From the NCBI GenBank assembly GCA_016180085.1, contig JACPBX010000035.1, forward strand, positions 1 to 37,981: a stretch of 37,981 bases of DNA, given 5' to 3'. Made by a program: the position numbers and the translations under genes. How positions within the stretch are numbered: the stretch's first letter is position 1; every line of letters starts with the position of its first letter. The DNA is from Candidatus Woesearchaeota archaeon. GTDB taxonomy: Archaea; Nanobdellota; Nanobdellia; Woesearchaeales; UBA10216. Positions 1-9,603 of this stretch are shown piece after piece. The notes below the pieces were generated by a model. It saw only the letters and a list, made by a program, of their open reading frames with translations. It was not told the DNA's origin and ran no database searches.

Positions 1-1629
1 CTCGATTTTCCCGATTTTGTCAGAAGCGACCTTGCCCTTGAAGTCTGACAGCAGCTTCTCGGTTGAGTAAACAAGGGAGTCTGCCTGGTTTATTGTTTCA
101 GCTTCTTCCCTTCGCTGCTTGTCCTGCCCGGCAAACTCTTCCGCTTCCTTCCTCATCCTTTCAAGCTCTTTCTCGTCAAGCTTCTGGCTTGCCGTAATCT
201 TAATGCTCTGCTGCTTCCCTGTTCCGAGGTCTTTTGCGGTAACGTGCACTATGCCGTTTGCGTCAATGTCAAATGCGACCTCAATCTGGGGAATGCCTCT
301 TGGCGCAGGCGGTATTCCCACCAGGTCAAAGTTGCCAAGCAGCTTGTTGTCTCCGGCCATTGCCCTTTCTCCCTGGAACACCCTGATTGAAACAGCGGTC
401 TGGCTGTCAGCTGCCGTGCTGAACACCTGGCTCTTCTTTGTCGGGATTGTGGTGTTCCTTTCAATCAGCTTTGTTAATACTCCGCCAAGAGTCTCAATGC
501 CCAAGGACAGAGGGGTTACGTCCAAAAGCAGTATGTCCTTTACCTCGCCGGCAAGGATGCCAGCCTGGACAGCTGCGCCCATGGCAACACACTCCATCGG
601 GTCAATCCCGCGCTCGACCTTCTTGCCCATAAAGCTCTCAACAAATTTTTGCACAATGGGCATCCTGGTCGGGCCGCCAACAAGGATTATCTTGTCAACA
701 CTGTCTTTTGAAAGCTTCGCGTCAGCGATTGCGCGCTCAAGAGGCTGCCTGCAGCGGTCAACTATGGGCTGTATGAGCGACTCCAGTTTGGCCCTGGTAA
801 GCTTGTATGCAAAGTGCTTCGGGCCCTCGTTTGTTGCAGAGAGGAATGGCAGGTTAATCTCGCTGTCCAGCGTCGTTGACAGCTCAATCTTCGCCTTCTC
901 CGCAGCCTCTGACAGCCTTTGCATTGCAACCTTGTCCTTTGAAATGTCTATGCCCTCAAGCTTCCTGAACTCTGCAACGAGAAAATCAACCAGGACCTTG
1001 TCCATGTCTGTTCCGCCAAGCTGGGTGTCACCGGAAGTTGCCTTGACCTCGAACACGCCTTCCTCGCCCATTTCCATTATGGTAACGTCCAGGGTTCCGC
1101 CGCCAAGGTCAAACACCATGATGTTCGCCTTCTTGCCAAGCTTGTCCACGCCGTAAGCGAAAGCCGCGGCCGTGGGCTCATTCACAAGCCTCACTACTTC
1201 CAGGCCGGCAATTGCTCCTGCATCCTTTGTTGCCTGCCTCTGGTTGTCATCAAAGTATGCCGGGACGGTAATGACTGCCTTCTCAACCTTTTCGCCGAGA
1301 AATTCCTCAGCATCCCGCTTGATTTTCTGAAGTATGAATGCAGATATTTGCTGGGGAGTGTAGTCTTTGCCGCGGACTTTGAACTTGAAAGACGTTCCCA
1401 TCTTCCTCTTGGCAGCAAAAACCGTTCCTTCAGGGTTGCTGACGGCCTGCCTCTTTGCAGGCTCTCCCACGAGCATCTGGTCATCCTTTGCAAACGCAAC
1501 CACGCTTGGAAATGCCTTGCCGTAAAGCGAAGCGCCCTCGGCGCTTGGAATAATCTTCGGCTTGCCAGCTTCCATGTATGCGGCGGCAGAATTACTGGTG
1601 CCGAGGTCCACTCCAATCGTCTTTCCCAT
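1..1629 (-). CDS. dnaK: Hsp70 chaperone DnaK; runs off the left edge
   Basis: Hand translation: [14 protein letters not shown]...[20 protein letters not shown]...[11 protein letters not shown]...LVGGPTRMP...[23 protein letters not shown] upstream. An alternative ATG at 1635 overlaps the grpE stop. Missing from the ORF track because there is no stop in the window. Confidence 0.98.
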   Translation of the reverse strand, partial: MGKTIGVDLGTSNSAAAYMEAGKPKIIPSAEGASLYGKAFPSVVAFAKDDQMLVGEPAKRQAVSNPEGTVFAAKRKMGTSFKFKVRGKDYTPQQISAFILQKIKRDAEEFLGEKVEKAVITVPAYFDDNQRQATKDAGAIAGLEVVRLVNEPTAAAFAYGVDKLGKKANIMVFDLGGGTLDVTIMEMGEEGVFEVKATSGDTQLGGTDMDKVLVDFLVAEFRKLEGIDISKDKVAMQRLSEAAEKAKIELSTTLDSEINLPFLSATNEGPKHFAYKLTRAKLESLIQPIVDRCRQPLERAIADAKLSKDSVDKIILVGGPTRMPIVQKFVESFMGKKVERGIDPMECVAMGAAVQAGILAGEVKDILLLDVTPLSLGIETLGGVLTKLIERNTTIPTKKSQVFSTAADSQTAVSIRVFQGERAMAGDNKLLGNFDLVGIPPAPRGIPQIEVAFDIDANGIVHVTAKDLGTGKQQSIKITASQKLDEKELERMRKEAEEFAGQDKQRREEAETINQADSLVYSTEKLLSDFKGKVASDKIGKIE

Positions 1630-1631
1630 TT

Positions 1632-2240
1632 TCATTTACCTCCACTCACATTATTTTTATCATTTTTATCAGTATTTTTGTCAGCGCTGGCTTTCGCAAA
1701 CTTCAAAACCTTGACCTTGCTGTAGCGCAAAATCACATCGTTCAGCGCGTAGCCTTTCTGGAACTCCTCAACCACAACGCCGTCTCTTTTCTCGTCTGCA
1801 GTCTCTTCCTGCATCAAAACTTCATGCTTGTAAGGGTCAAATTTTTCACCGACTGCTTTTATCGGCCTGAGCCCCTGGGCCTCAAGGGCAGAGTAAAACT
1901 GGCCATAAATTAATTCAAGGCCCCTGGCAATTTTGTCATCCGCAGCTGCGGTTATGATTTTCCCGCTGTTGCTGCCGTTAGCAATTGACTTTAGTGCAAG
2001 CTCAAAGCTGTCGAGCACAGGCAGGAAGTTTTTCACAACCTCAGCAGCGGCGAATTGCCGGAACTGAACTTTTTCCTTATCAACGCGCTTCTTGTAATTC
2101 TCGAATTCTGCCTGGAGGCGCTGCAAAGAGTCCTTGTAATCATTCAGCTGCTTCGCCATGCTGTCTTCTGGCTCCTTTTGTTCAGCCGCTGCAGCAACGC
2201 CCTTGTTTTCCTTGCTTTTGTCCATTTTGGTTAAAGACAT
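1632..2240 (-). CDS. grpE: Nucleotide exchange factor GrpE
   Basis: [56 protein letters not shown]; directly upstream of dnaK. Confidence 0.96.
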   Translation of the reverse strand: MSLTKMDKSKENKGVAAAAEQKEPEDSMAKQLNDYKDSLQRLQAEFENYKKRVDKEKVQFRQFAAAEVVKNFLPVLDSFELALKSIANGSNSGKIITAAADDKIARGLELIYGQFYSALEAQGLRPIKAVGEKFDPYKHEVLMQEETADEKRDGVVVEEFQKGYALNDVILRYSKVKVLKFAKASADKNTDKNDKNNVSGGK

Positions 2241-2276
2241 TTTCGTTGATTTTAGGTCAACAGAAGATTGAGCTTA

Positions 2277-2346
2277 TATTTAAAGATTTCGGTAGTGGAG
2301 AAGCTAAACTGCCACCGGTGTCGTTGTAACCGGAAAGGTTTAAATA
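2277..2346. promoter_or_regulatory. Divergent TATA boxes for grpE-dnaK (minus, 2277-2284) and the HTH gene (plus, 2339-2346)
   Basis: TTTAAATA on each strand with A-rich BRE-like flanks, about 25-40 nt before the respective start codons. Confidence 0.6.
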
Positions 2347-2372
2347 GGGCAACAGACGGATATGCAATTGCC

Positions 2373-2617
2373 ATGATAATCAGGGAACAGCGCATAACCA
2401 TAATAAGGGTGTCAAGGCCAAGGCAGCACAACGTCAATGACGAGCTCAAGTGGCTTGGCCATTCGCTGGGCCTGTTCAGCGAAAGGGACAAGGACAGCTC
2501 CCTTTACAGGCTTTTCGTCGAGCTTATCAAGAGCACCAGGGGCAACAGGCCCATTACCAGTGATGAGCTTGCGTCAAGGAGATTGCAAGGCAGATTGATG
2601 AGGAGCTTGAGCTTTGA
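2373..2617 (+). pseudogene. Winged-HTH transcriptional regulator with an internal deletion
   Basis: MIIREQRITIIRVSRP...LFVELIKS...SDELASR switches at about 2575 into another frame reading KEIARQIDEELEL*, a plausible native C-terminus. The recognition helix and wing appear to be missing. Family assignment is from recalled similarity. Confidence 0.6.
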
Positions 2618-2650
2618 GTTCTGCATTTAACTTTAACTAACGCAAAAATT

Positions 2651-3061
2651 TTAGAAAGTCTCTTCCTGGGGACCGGCAGCCTGCGGCTCTTCGGTCTGGA
2701 CGCTTGTGGCGCCAATCTTTGCCCTGTAAATCTGCGCAAATGAAGGCGTTGCTATAATGTAGTCATCGCCAAAGCCGGCAAGGTCGCCTGACACTGCATC
2801 TGCTGTTTTCTTAAGCTTGCTTATTGCCCTCTTCAGCTCTATGATGTCCTTGTCCTTCAGGGGCCTGATGTTGACAATGGCTATAGTGTTCCCATCGCGC
2901 AGAGCATCAACAACATTCTTGATGTCCTGGAAGTTTTCCATAACAAAAGGCCTTACAACAACCTTGCCCCTTGCCTCGGCTGCGGTTGTGTCGAGCTCAA
3001 CATACTCCTTTTCCCCGCCTTCGCTGATGGCTTCGGGCTCCCTGCCGCCCATCATGTTCAC
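2651..3061 (-). CDS. sepF: Cell division protein SepF (archaeal type)
   Basis: EYVELD...VVVRPFVMENFQDIKNVVDALRDGNTIAIVNIRPLKDKDIIELKRAISKLK...GDLAGFGDDYIIATPS. Start codon uncertain. Confidence 0.85.
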   Translation of the reverse strand: MNMMGGREPEAISEGGEKEYVELDTTAAEARGKVVVRPFVMENFQDIKNVVDALRDGNTIAIVNIRPLKDKDIIELKRAISKLKKTADAVSGDLAGFGDDYIIATPSFAQIYRAKIGATSVQTEEPQAAGPQEETF

Positions 3062-3241
3062 GATTTTTGCCTTAACATTTCGATGATTTGTTTTTCAGAC
3101 AGTTTTACCTGATATAGCGCATATTTAAAGTTTGTGTTTTAATTCCGGCAATTGTTATCCGTCGCAGTGGTGACTGGCAAAAAAAGAAGCGACGACAGAT
3201 AAATTTTAATAGTTGTTGCCGAATTTGCCCATTGAGTAAAA

Positions 3242-3934
3242 ATGGTGCCCTTTATTGTTGTGAATTTCAAAACTTACAAGGAAGGCACGGGCGGGAATGC
3301 AGTAAAGCTGGCGAAAATGTGCGAAGCAGCGGCTTTGAAAGCGAAAAACAAGGTAAAAGTGGCTGTTGCTGTCCAGGCCACTGACATATTCAGGGTTGCG
3401 GCAGCGGTTGACACGGCAGTGGTTGAAGTCTTTGCACAGCACATTGACGCAAACGGCCAGGGAAAATCAACGGGGTTTGTCATTGCAGAAGCCGTTAAGG
3501 AGGCAGGGGCTTCCGGAACGCTGCTGAACCATGCCGAGCACAAGATTACAGACATCGCAAAGCGCATTGCAACGGCAAAAGCTGCAAAGCTGGCAACTGT
3601 CGTGTGCGCGGCTGATGTTGCAGAAGCAAAAACGATAGCATCACTCACGCCATCGCCTGATTACATAGCAATTGAGCTTCCTGAACTGATAGGAACGCTG
3701 GTTTCTGTATCAAAGGCGAATCCTGAGGTCATCACATCTTCAATTGCTGAAGTCAGAAAGATAAAAAACATCCCTGTGCTGTGCGGAGCCGGGATAGCTA
3801 ATGGGGAAGATGTTCGAAAAGCTGTTGAGCTAGGAACAGTTGGCATACTCGTTGCAACTGCGGTCGTGCTGGCAAAGAACCCGGAAAAGGCGCTGGCGGA
3901 ACTAATAAAAGGAATCGGTGAAGATGGAAAGTGA
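3242..3934 (+). CDS. tpiA: Triosephosphate isomerase, archaeal type
   Basis: VVNFKTY, AQHID, LLNHAEH, AIELPELIG, VLCGAGI, GILVATAVV. Confidence 0.95.
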   Translation: MVPFIVVNFKTYKEGTGGNAVKLAKMCEAAALKAKNKVKVAVAVQATDIFRVAAAVDTAVVEVFAQHIDANGQGKSTGFVIAEAVKEAGASGTLLNHAEHKITDIAKRIATAKAAKLATVVCAADVAEAKTIASLTPSPDYIAIELPELIGTLVSVSKANPEVITSSIAEVRKIKNIPVLCGAGIANGEDVRKAVELGTVGILVATAVVLAKNPEKALAELIKGIGEDGK

Positions 3935-4109
3935 AGTAAAGATTAGGTTAAGCATACCCCGAAAGATGCACGACCAGATGAAGCAGCATCCGGAGATTGA
4001 CTGGAATGAGGCGGCAGTCAGAGAAATAAGCAAGCAGTTTGCTGCAGCCGGCATAAGAGTAGAGGAAAAGGGGCACCAAAACCCGAAATCGAACCACCAC
4101 AAACTTTAA
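3924..4109 (+). CDS. Small ribbon-helix-helix (CopG-like) protein
   Basis: [30 protein letters not shown] pattern; start overlaps the tpiA stop. Confidence 0.55.
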   Translation: MESEVKIRLSIPRKMHDQMKQHPEIDWNEAAVREISKQFAAAGIRVEEKGHQNPKSNHHKL

Positions 4110-4144
4110 ATAGGACTGGAAAATCCTCGCTTCTGCGATTTTAC

Positions 4145-5425
4145 GTAGACCACGGCAAGTCAACCACAGTAGGCAGGCTGCTGTATGACACCGGCAACAT
4201 AGACGAGCAGAGCATGAGGAAGCTCCAGGACAGGGCCAAGGAAGTCGGGAAGCCCGGATTCGAGTTCGCATTCGCGATGGACACACTTGAAGAAGAGCAG
4301 AAGAGGGGCGTAACCATTGACCTCAGCCACAGGAAGTTTGAGACTGACAAGTACTACTTCACAATCATAGATGCACCTGGCCACAGGGACTTCATAAAGA
4401 ACATGATAACAGGCACAAGCCAGGCAGACGCTGCTGTGCTGGTAATATCTGCAAACAAGGGCGAAGCTGAAGGTGGCATGAAGAGGCCTGACGATTCAGG
4501 CCCAGGCGGGCAGACTTATGAGCACATATTCCTCTCCAGGACGCTGGGCGTTGCCCAGATGGTAGTAGCCATTAACAAGATGGACATGGCAAACTACGAC
4601 CAGAAGCGGTTTGAGGAAGTCAAGAACAGCGCTTCGCAGATTCTCAAAGGGGTTGGCTATGACGTTACAAAGCTGCAGTTCGTGCCAACAGCATCCTACC
4701 TTGGCGACAACCTCACCAAGAAGTCAGACAAGATGCCCTGGTACACGGGCCCTTCGCTTCTTGAGGCAATGAACAGCTTAAAGGCTCCTGAAAAGCCGAC
4801 GCAGCTCCCGCTCAGGCTGCCAATACAGGACGTTTATGAGATCAAAGGCATAGGCGCAGTGCCAGTAGGAAGGGTGGAAACCGGCATAATGAAGGTCAAC
4901 GACAAGATCATCGCTGTGCCGGCAAGGGAAGGAAAGGGCGTAACAGGTGAGGTCAAGAGCATAGAGATGCACCACGAGGCAATGCAGCAGGCTGAGCCTG
5001 GAGACAACGTGGGCTTCTCGGTAAGGGGCATGAACAAGCAGGACATAGCAAGAGGAGATGTCATTGGCCATGCCTCAAACCCGCCAACAGTCGCAAAGGA
5101 GTTCACAGCGCGCATAGTCGTGCTGAACCACCCGAACGTTCTCACAGTTGGCTACACTCCGGTGTTCCACATACACACGGCGCAGATTGCATGCAAGATA
5201 ACCGAGCTTGTCAAGCAGATTAACCCGGCTACGGGCGAAACGCTGAAGGAGAAACCCGACTTCCTGAAGAACGGCGAGGTTGCCATAGTCAAGGTCCAGC
5301 CAACAGGCGGACAGGGACTTGTCATCGAAAAGCAGCAGGATATACCGCAGCTGGCAAGGTTCGCAGTCAGGGACTCAGGCAGCACAGTGGCAGCGGGACA
5401 GTGCATTGACGTTGTGAAGAAGTAG
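4145..5425 (+). CDS. tuf: Elongation factor EF-1alpha; 5' end (about 14 codons) missing in this sequence
   Basis: In-frame [17 protein letters not shown] from 4145, then [39 protein letters not shown]. No start codon upstream in frame. TATA box TTTAAATA at 4105-4112. Confidence 0.97.
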   Translation, partial: VDHGKSTTVGRLLYDTGNIDEQSMRKLQDRAKEVGKPGFEFAFAMDTLEEEQKRGVTIDLSHRKFETDKYYFTIIDAPGHRDFIKNMITGTSQADAAVLVISANKGEAEGGMKRPDDSGPGGQTYEHIFLSRTLGVAQMVVAINKMDMANYDQKRFEEVKNSASQILKGVGYDVTKLQFVPTASYLGDNLTKKSDKMPWYTGPSLLEAMNSLKAPEKPTQLPLRLPIQDVYEIKGIGAVPVGRVETGIMKVNDKIIAVPAREGKGVTGEVKSIEMHHEAMQQAEPGDNVGFSVRGMNKQDIARGDVIGHASNPPTVAKEFTARIVVLNHPNVLTVGYTPVFHIHTAQIACKITELVKQINPATGETLKEKPDFLKNGEVAIVKVQPTGGQGLVIEKQQDIPQLARFAVRDSGSTVAAGQCIDVVKK

Positions 5426-5504
5426 AAATTGCTTTCTTCCGCTTCTTTTTTCTTTTCTTATATGTGCAGAATAATTATAAATGCCTTTGGCCTGAAACAC
5501 CAAT

Positions 5505-6110
5505 ATGGACCAAGCGGAATACGCAAAAGAATACGATGAACTCGTGGTGAAGATTCACAGATTGTACGAGAGCATGTTCAGCGTGAACGAGTGGACTTCC
5601 CACAACATGGGAAGGTCCTGGGAGATTAAAGTCACGTATGGCGGCGTTCTCACGCATTCCTGGCACCGCACGGCAATATTGGAGTCTATTCTGGCCGCGT
5701 CGGGGTTCGTACGCATACTGAGACACTATTCTCCGGTCTTTTCAAGGCTGCAAGCGGTTTGGCCGATGCACTGCCTCGTGAATCTTTACGTCGCGAATCG
5801 GTTTTTCCACGGAAACGTTGGCGAGCTGGCAAAGACTGCGGAGGAATTCCGGAAGGAGTATCATGTGGTTGCCGCGAGGATACAAGATATGATAAATGCG
5901 TCCATTCAGGGCAGAAGGTTGCCCATAAAAGCGCTCATGATGTACTATGTTGTCCTGATGAAAATCCGGTCCAGCCGGGCTTTTGCGCCGTTTTTCACCC
6001 ACCCAACCTACAGGGGTTATCTGGAAGATGCTGTTAAGTCGCTAGGGAACCAGCTGAATGGTGATTTCTTTCAACGCCTGCGCATGAGGGACGACTTATA
6101 CAACGTCTAA
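5505..6110 (+). CDS. Hypothetical protein, 201 aa
   Basis: Long ORF filling the tuf-rpsJ gap; no recognisable motif. Confidence 0.65.
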   Translation: MDQAEYAKEYDELVVKIHRLYESMFSVNEWTSHNMGRSWEIKVTYGGVLTHSWHRTAILESILAASGFVRILRHYSPVFSRLQAVWPMHCLVNLYVANRFFHGNVGELAKTAEEFRKEYHVVAARIQDMINASIQGRRLPIKALMMYYVVLMKIRSSRAFAPFFTHPTYRGYLEDAVKSLGNQLNGDFFQRLRMRDDLYNV

Positions 6111-6281
6111 CGGCTGCCCCCATACGAGATTTTTTTGAAGAGTTTCTAAACACGATAAATGCGCCAGGCCGAAACAATTAGCTTTATAAACTCCCTCCGA
6201 ATTCTGCACATGTCAGGCAGCGGTAATAATTGCTGTGATTGCTGTTAAAGCAGCGAAAGGGCATTACTGTTGCATACAAAC

Positions 6282-6593
6282 ATGCAAAAGGCCAGAATAA
6301 AGCTCGCAAGCACGGACATTGAAAAGATAAACTCTGTATGCACGTCCATAAAGGACATAGTTGAAAGAACAGGCGTTGACATGCACGGGCCCATCCCGCT
6401 TCCCACAAGAAAGCTAAAAGTCACAACAAGAAAATGCCCCTGTGGTGACGGAAAGGCAACATGGGACAGGTTCGAGATGCGCATCCATAAAAGGCTGATT
6501 GACCTCGGCGTTGACGAGCGCGCGTTAAGGCTTGTGATGAGAGTGCCAATTCCTGAAGGTCTCAATATAGAGATTGAGATGCTTGAGAAGTAA
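6282..6593 (+). CDS. rpsJ: 30S ribosomal protein S10 (uS10)
   Basis: [10 protein letters not shown]...[17 protein letters not shown]...[15 protein letters not shown]. Confidence 0.97.
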   Translation: MQKARIKLASTDIEKINSVCTSIKDIVERTGVDMHGPIPLPTRKLKVTTRKCPCGDGKATWDRFEMRIHKRLIDLGVDERALRLVMRVPIPEGLNIEIEMLEK

Positions 6594-6614
6594 GTTTGGT
6601 ATGGTTCTGGATAA

Positions 6615-6820
6615 TAAAAAAGAAAAAGCGTAATCGGTATGCGCTTAGATCGTGCCCAACGATCATGCGGATTCAAACAGCCCTTTTTGCTGCGGCAAAA
6701 CCCAAATCGTGCATAGCACGATTGGGCCCAGTCGTCTTTCAGACGACTTGGGAGCGCTGGCGGAAAACGTCAGTTTTGGATTGACCCTTTTTCCTAAAAG
6801 GGTCACGCTCCCGGCGCATC
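6615..6820 (-). ncRNA. Long tRNA-Ser-derived structured element (family A); candidate antisense RNA, strand inferred
   Basis: 6648-6678 and 6806-6821 match the V-arm/T-arm and the 3' end of the tRNA at 14180. 128-nt multi-hairpin insert at the T-loop. No 5' acceptor strand and no anticodon arm. Minus-strand TATA at 6845-6852 and T-tract at 6612-6626. Confidence 0.6.
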
Positions 6821-6832
6821 AATTCTTCAGCA

Positions 6833-7873
6833 ATGAAACAATCAAATTTAAATACTACTGCGGATTCGATTTCTACAGGGGTTGGCAAAATCGCAAAAGA
6901 AGACGGCAGCTACGTGAAGTTGGTTGCTGGCACCGCTGTGCCTGAACTGGCAAAAGAGATTTCTAGGAACGTTGGCATCCCGCTTGTCAAGGCAGACATA
7001 GGGAGGTTCACGAATGGCGAGAGCAGAGTTGAGATTCTCGAGTCAGTAAGAGGAGCTGATGTTTTTCTGATACAGTCAACGTGCCCTCCGGTGAACGACA
7101 ATGTCGTGGAGCTTCTGCTCATAATGGACGCGCTCAGGAGGGCGTCTGCCAACTCAATCAACCTGATGGTGCCTTACTTCGGCTATGCCAAGCAGGACAA
7201 GAAGAAAACAGGCAGGGAGCCTATCTCAGCTAAGGTCATGGCAGACCTGATGGAAAATGCCGGGGCTGCGAGGCTGGTTACGATAGACCTACACGCGCAG
7301 CAGATTGAGGGCTTCTTCGACATACCGGTAGATAATCTTTCGGCAATATATCTTTTTGCCGAATATTTCAGGAGCAAGGGGATAAAGGATACGGTTGTTG
7401 TAACTCCTGACGCGGGCGGCACCAAGAGGGCGAGGGACCTTGCCAATGCCATGCAGGCAGAAAGGATTGCCATAATTGACAAGTACAGGCCGGACTGGAG
7501 AAAGGCAGATGCCATGAATGTAATAGGGAAGGTTGAGGGCATGAATGCCATAATCGTTGACGACTTCATAGACACAGGAGGCAGCATGGTTGAGGCAGTA
7601 AAGGCTGTCAGGAACCACAAGGCGGAAAAGATATGGGTAGCGTGCACACACCCTCTTCTGACTGACCCGGCTACAGAAAGGCTGAAAGCCCTGAACGACT
7701 CTGGCGAAGTGGAAGGATTTGTTTTCACCGACACCATCCCAATACCGAAGCAGAAAATGCTGAAGAACTATGAGGTAATATCCACAGCACCGATGCTTGC
7801 AGACACCATAGAAAGGATTGCCAGGGGATTCTCGCTCCACCCTTACAGGTCAAACTCAGACAAAAAGGCATAA
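6833..7873 (+). CDS. prs: Ribose-phosphate pyrophosphokinase; true start may be downstream, e.g. GTG 6914
   Basis: FTNGESRV, PYFGYAKQDKK, TIDLHAQQIEGFFDIP, TPDAGGTKRA, IVDDFIDTGGS, ACTH. Confidence 0.96.
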   Translation: MKQSNLNTTADSISTGVGKIAKEDGSYVKLVAGTAVPELAKEISRNVGIPLVKADIGRFTNGESRVEILESVRGADVFLIQSTCPPVNDNVVELLLIMDALRRASANSINLMVPYFGYAKQDKKKTGREPISAKVMADLMENAGAARLVTIDLHAQQIEGFFDIPVDNLSAIYLFAEYFRSKGIKDTVVVTPDAGGTKRARDLANAMQAERIAIIDKYRPDWRKADAMNVIGKVEGMNAIIVDDFIDTGGSMVEAVKAVRNHKAEKIWVACTHPLLTDPATERLKALNDSGEVEGFVFTDTIPIPKQKMLKNYEVISTAPMLADTIERIARGFSLHPYRSNSDKKA

Positions 7874-7951
7874 GACATTCTAACTTTTCAATCTTCTTGC
7901 CGAAGTGAAAGTGGCAAACCTTTAAAAACACCCCAGCGTTTTCCCGGTGCC

Positions 7952-8458
7952 ATGACAAATGCAAAAAACAGTGCTGAAAAAGACAACGCGGCTGCTGCCG
8001 CTGCCCAAAAAGCGAATGAGAAAGGCAGGGAAGCCAGCGCGGAAGATGTTCAAGAGGCCCTGAAGGAGAAGTATGCCGAGTTCAGGCTTGCCGCTGCCCA
8101 GATAAAGGGGTTGCAGGAGCAGCTTCAGTCAGTTGACGAGAAGAGGCAGGAACTGGAAGAGGCTGCCGAGAGCATAAGCAAGCTGAAGGAAGCCCAGAAA
8201 GGGACAAAAATACTTGTGCCCGTAACAAGCGGAATATTTGCAAGGGCAACCCTTGACAAAAGCGATGAGATGCTGGTAAACGTCGGGAGCAACGTGTGCG
8301 TAAGTAAGACAGCGGAACAAGCAGGAGACATACTGAAGGCAAAACTGCTGGAGCTGACAGGCTACCAGGAAAGCATGCTGGAGGAGCTTAACAGGCTGAC
8401 CGACCAGGCAAACAAGCTGGAAAAGGAGCTTGGCCAGATGCTGCAGAACGGGGAGTAG
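7952..8458 (+). CDS. pfdA: Prefoldin alpha subunit
   Basis: Coiled coils flanking ILVPVTSGIF...LVNVGSNVCV; upstream of ftsY as in the conserved archaeal cluster. Confidence 0.9.
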   Translation: MTNAKNSAEKDNAAAAAAQKANEKGREASAEDVQEALKEKYAEFRLAAAQIKGLQEQLQSVDEKRQELEEAAESISKLKEAQKGTKILVPVTSGIFARATLDKSDEMLVNVGSNVCVSKTAEQAGDILKAKLLELTGYQESMLEELNRLTDQANKLEKELGQMLQNGE

Positions 8459-8466
8459 CCGGGGGA

Positions 8467-9603
8467 GTGGCTGCGATGTTTGGCGAGGTAATAAGCAAGT
8501 TCTCGGAGAAGGCTAGGGAACAGCCTGAGGAAGAGGCTAAAAAAGAACAGATAGCAGAGAAAAAAGCAGAAGAGAAAAAGGCAGAGGAGAAGCCGCTGCC
8601 AAAGCTGGAACCGAAAAAGGCAGAGCCAAAGAGAGAAGCTGAAGAAGTTATCAAAGAAGCACCTATTGAAGCAACAGAAGGGGCTGAAGAAAAGCCCAAG
8701 AAGAAAGGATTGTTTGAAAGGATAACTGGCGCCGTCACAGAAGCCGTAACCACGACAAAGATTTCCGGGGCAAGGTTTGAGGAATTATTCCAGGATCTGG
8801 AAATCACGCTGCTTGAGAATAACGTTGCAGTCGAGGCGATAGACAAGATAAAGGCGGATTTGAAAGAAAACCTTGTTGAAAAGCCGCTGCAACGGGGAAA
8901 AGTTGAGGATGCAATAAGAAAAACGCTCCGAAGCAGCATTGAGGAATTATTCGCTCAGGGCTACGACATGAAAGAAAAGGTAAAAGAAATTGCTGCAGGG
9001 AAAAAAACCGCAAAGATAATGTTTGTGGGCATAAACGGCTCAGGCAAGACAACAACAATAGCAAAAATCGCGAAGCTGCTTCAGGAAAACCGGCTGAAAG
9101 TGGTTATTGCAGCTTCTGACACGTTCAGGGCAGCAGCCATACACCAGTTGCAGGAACACGCTGACAAACTGGGTGTTAAGCTGATAAAGCACGACTACGG
9201 GGCAGACCCGGCTGCTGTGGCTTTTGACGCGATAAAATACGCTGAGGCGCATGGCATTGACGCTGTTTTGATTGACACGGCAGGAAGGCTGCATAGCAAC
9301 GTTAACCTCGTTGACGAGATGAAGAAAATTGCAAGGGTTGCCAAGCCTGACCTGAAAATATTTGTTGGCGAGGCAATAACGGGCAATGACTGCGTGGAGC
9401 AGGCAAGAAAATTCAACGAGGCGATAGGCATTGACGGCATAATCCTTGCAAAGGCTGACGTTGATGAGAAAGGCGGGGCAGCAATCTCCGTCAGCTACGT
9501 AACGCACAAGCCAATACTGTTCCTTGGCACAGGGCAGGGCTACAGCGACCTGACGCCGTTCAGCGCAGATACGGTGGTCAAAAGCCTAGGGCTTGCTGGA
9601 TAG
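8467..9603 (+). CDS. ftsY: SRP receptor FtsY
   Basis: GINGSGKTTTIAK, DTFRAAA, DTAGRLH, AKADVDEKGG, GTGQGYSDL; acidic N-terminus. Confidence 0.97.
   Translation: MAAMFGEVISKFSEKAREQPEEEAKKEQIAEKKAEEKKAEEKPLPKLEPKKAEPKREAEEVIKEAPIEATEGAEEKPKKKGLFERITGAVTEAVTTTKISGARFEELFQDLEITLLENNVAVEAIDKIKADLKENLVEKPLQRGKVEDAIRKTLRSSIEELFAQGYDMKEKVKEIAAGKKTAKIMFVGINGSGKTTTIAKIAKLLQENRLKVVIAASDTFRAAAIHQLQEHADKLGVKLIKHDYGADPAAVAFDAIKYAEAHGIDAVLIDTAGRLHSNVNLVDEMKKIARVAKPDLKIFVGEAITGNDCVEQARKFNEAIGIDGIILAKADVDEKGGAAISVSYVTHKPILFLGTGQGYSDLTPFSADTVVKSLGLAG

Noticed and set aside
119-1156. 345-aa plus-strand ORF, and similar long ORFs such as 17310-18140 and those opposite the S-layer gene
   Set aside because: Antisense shadows of dnaK, eno/apgM and the S-layer gene; no motifs.
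6615-6820. SRP RNA, RNase P RNA or a self-cleaving ribozyme
   Set aside because: No SRP helix-8 motif, no GAGGAAAGUCC, and no hammerhead CUGAUGA/GAAA core; too short for SRP or RNase P RNA.
6612-6821. 3' half of a trans-spliced split tRNA, or a permuted tRNA
   Set aside because: No 3' anticodon strand or BHB-forming leader, no matching 5' half found in the window, and the segment order is not permuted. Not excluded genome-wide.
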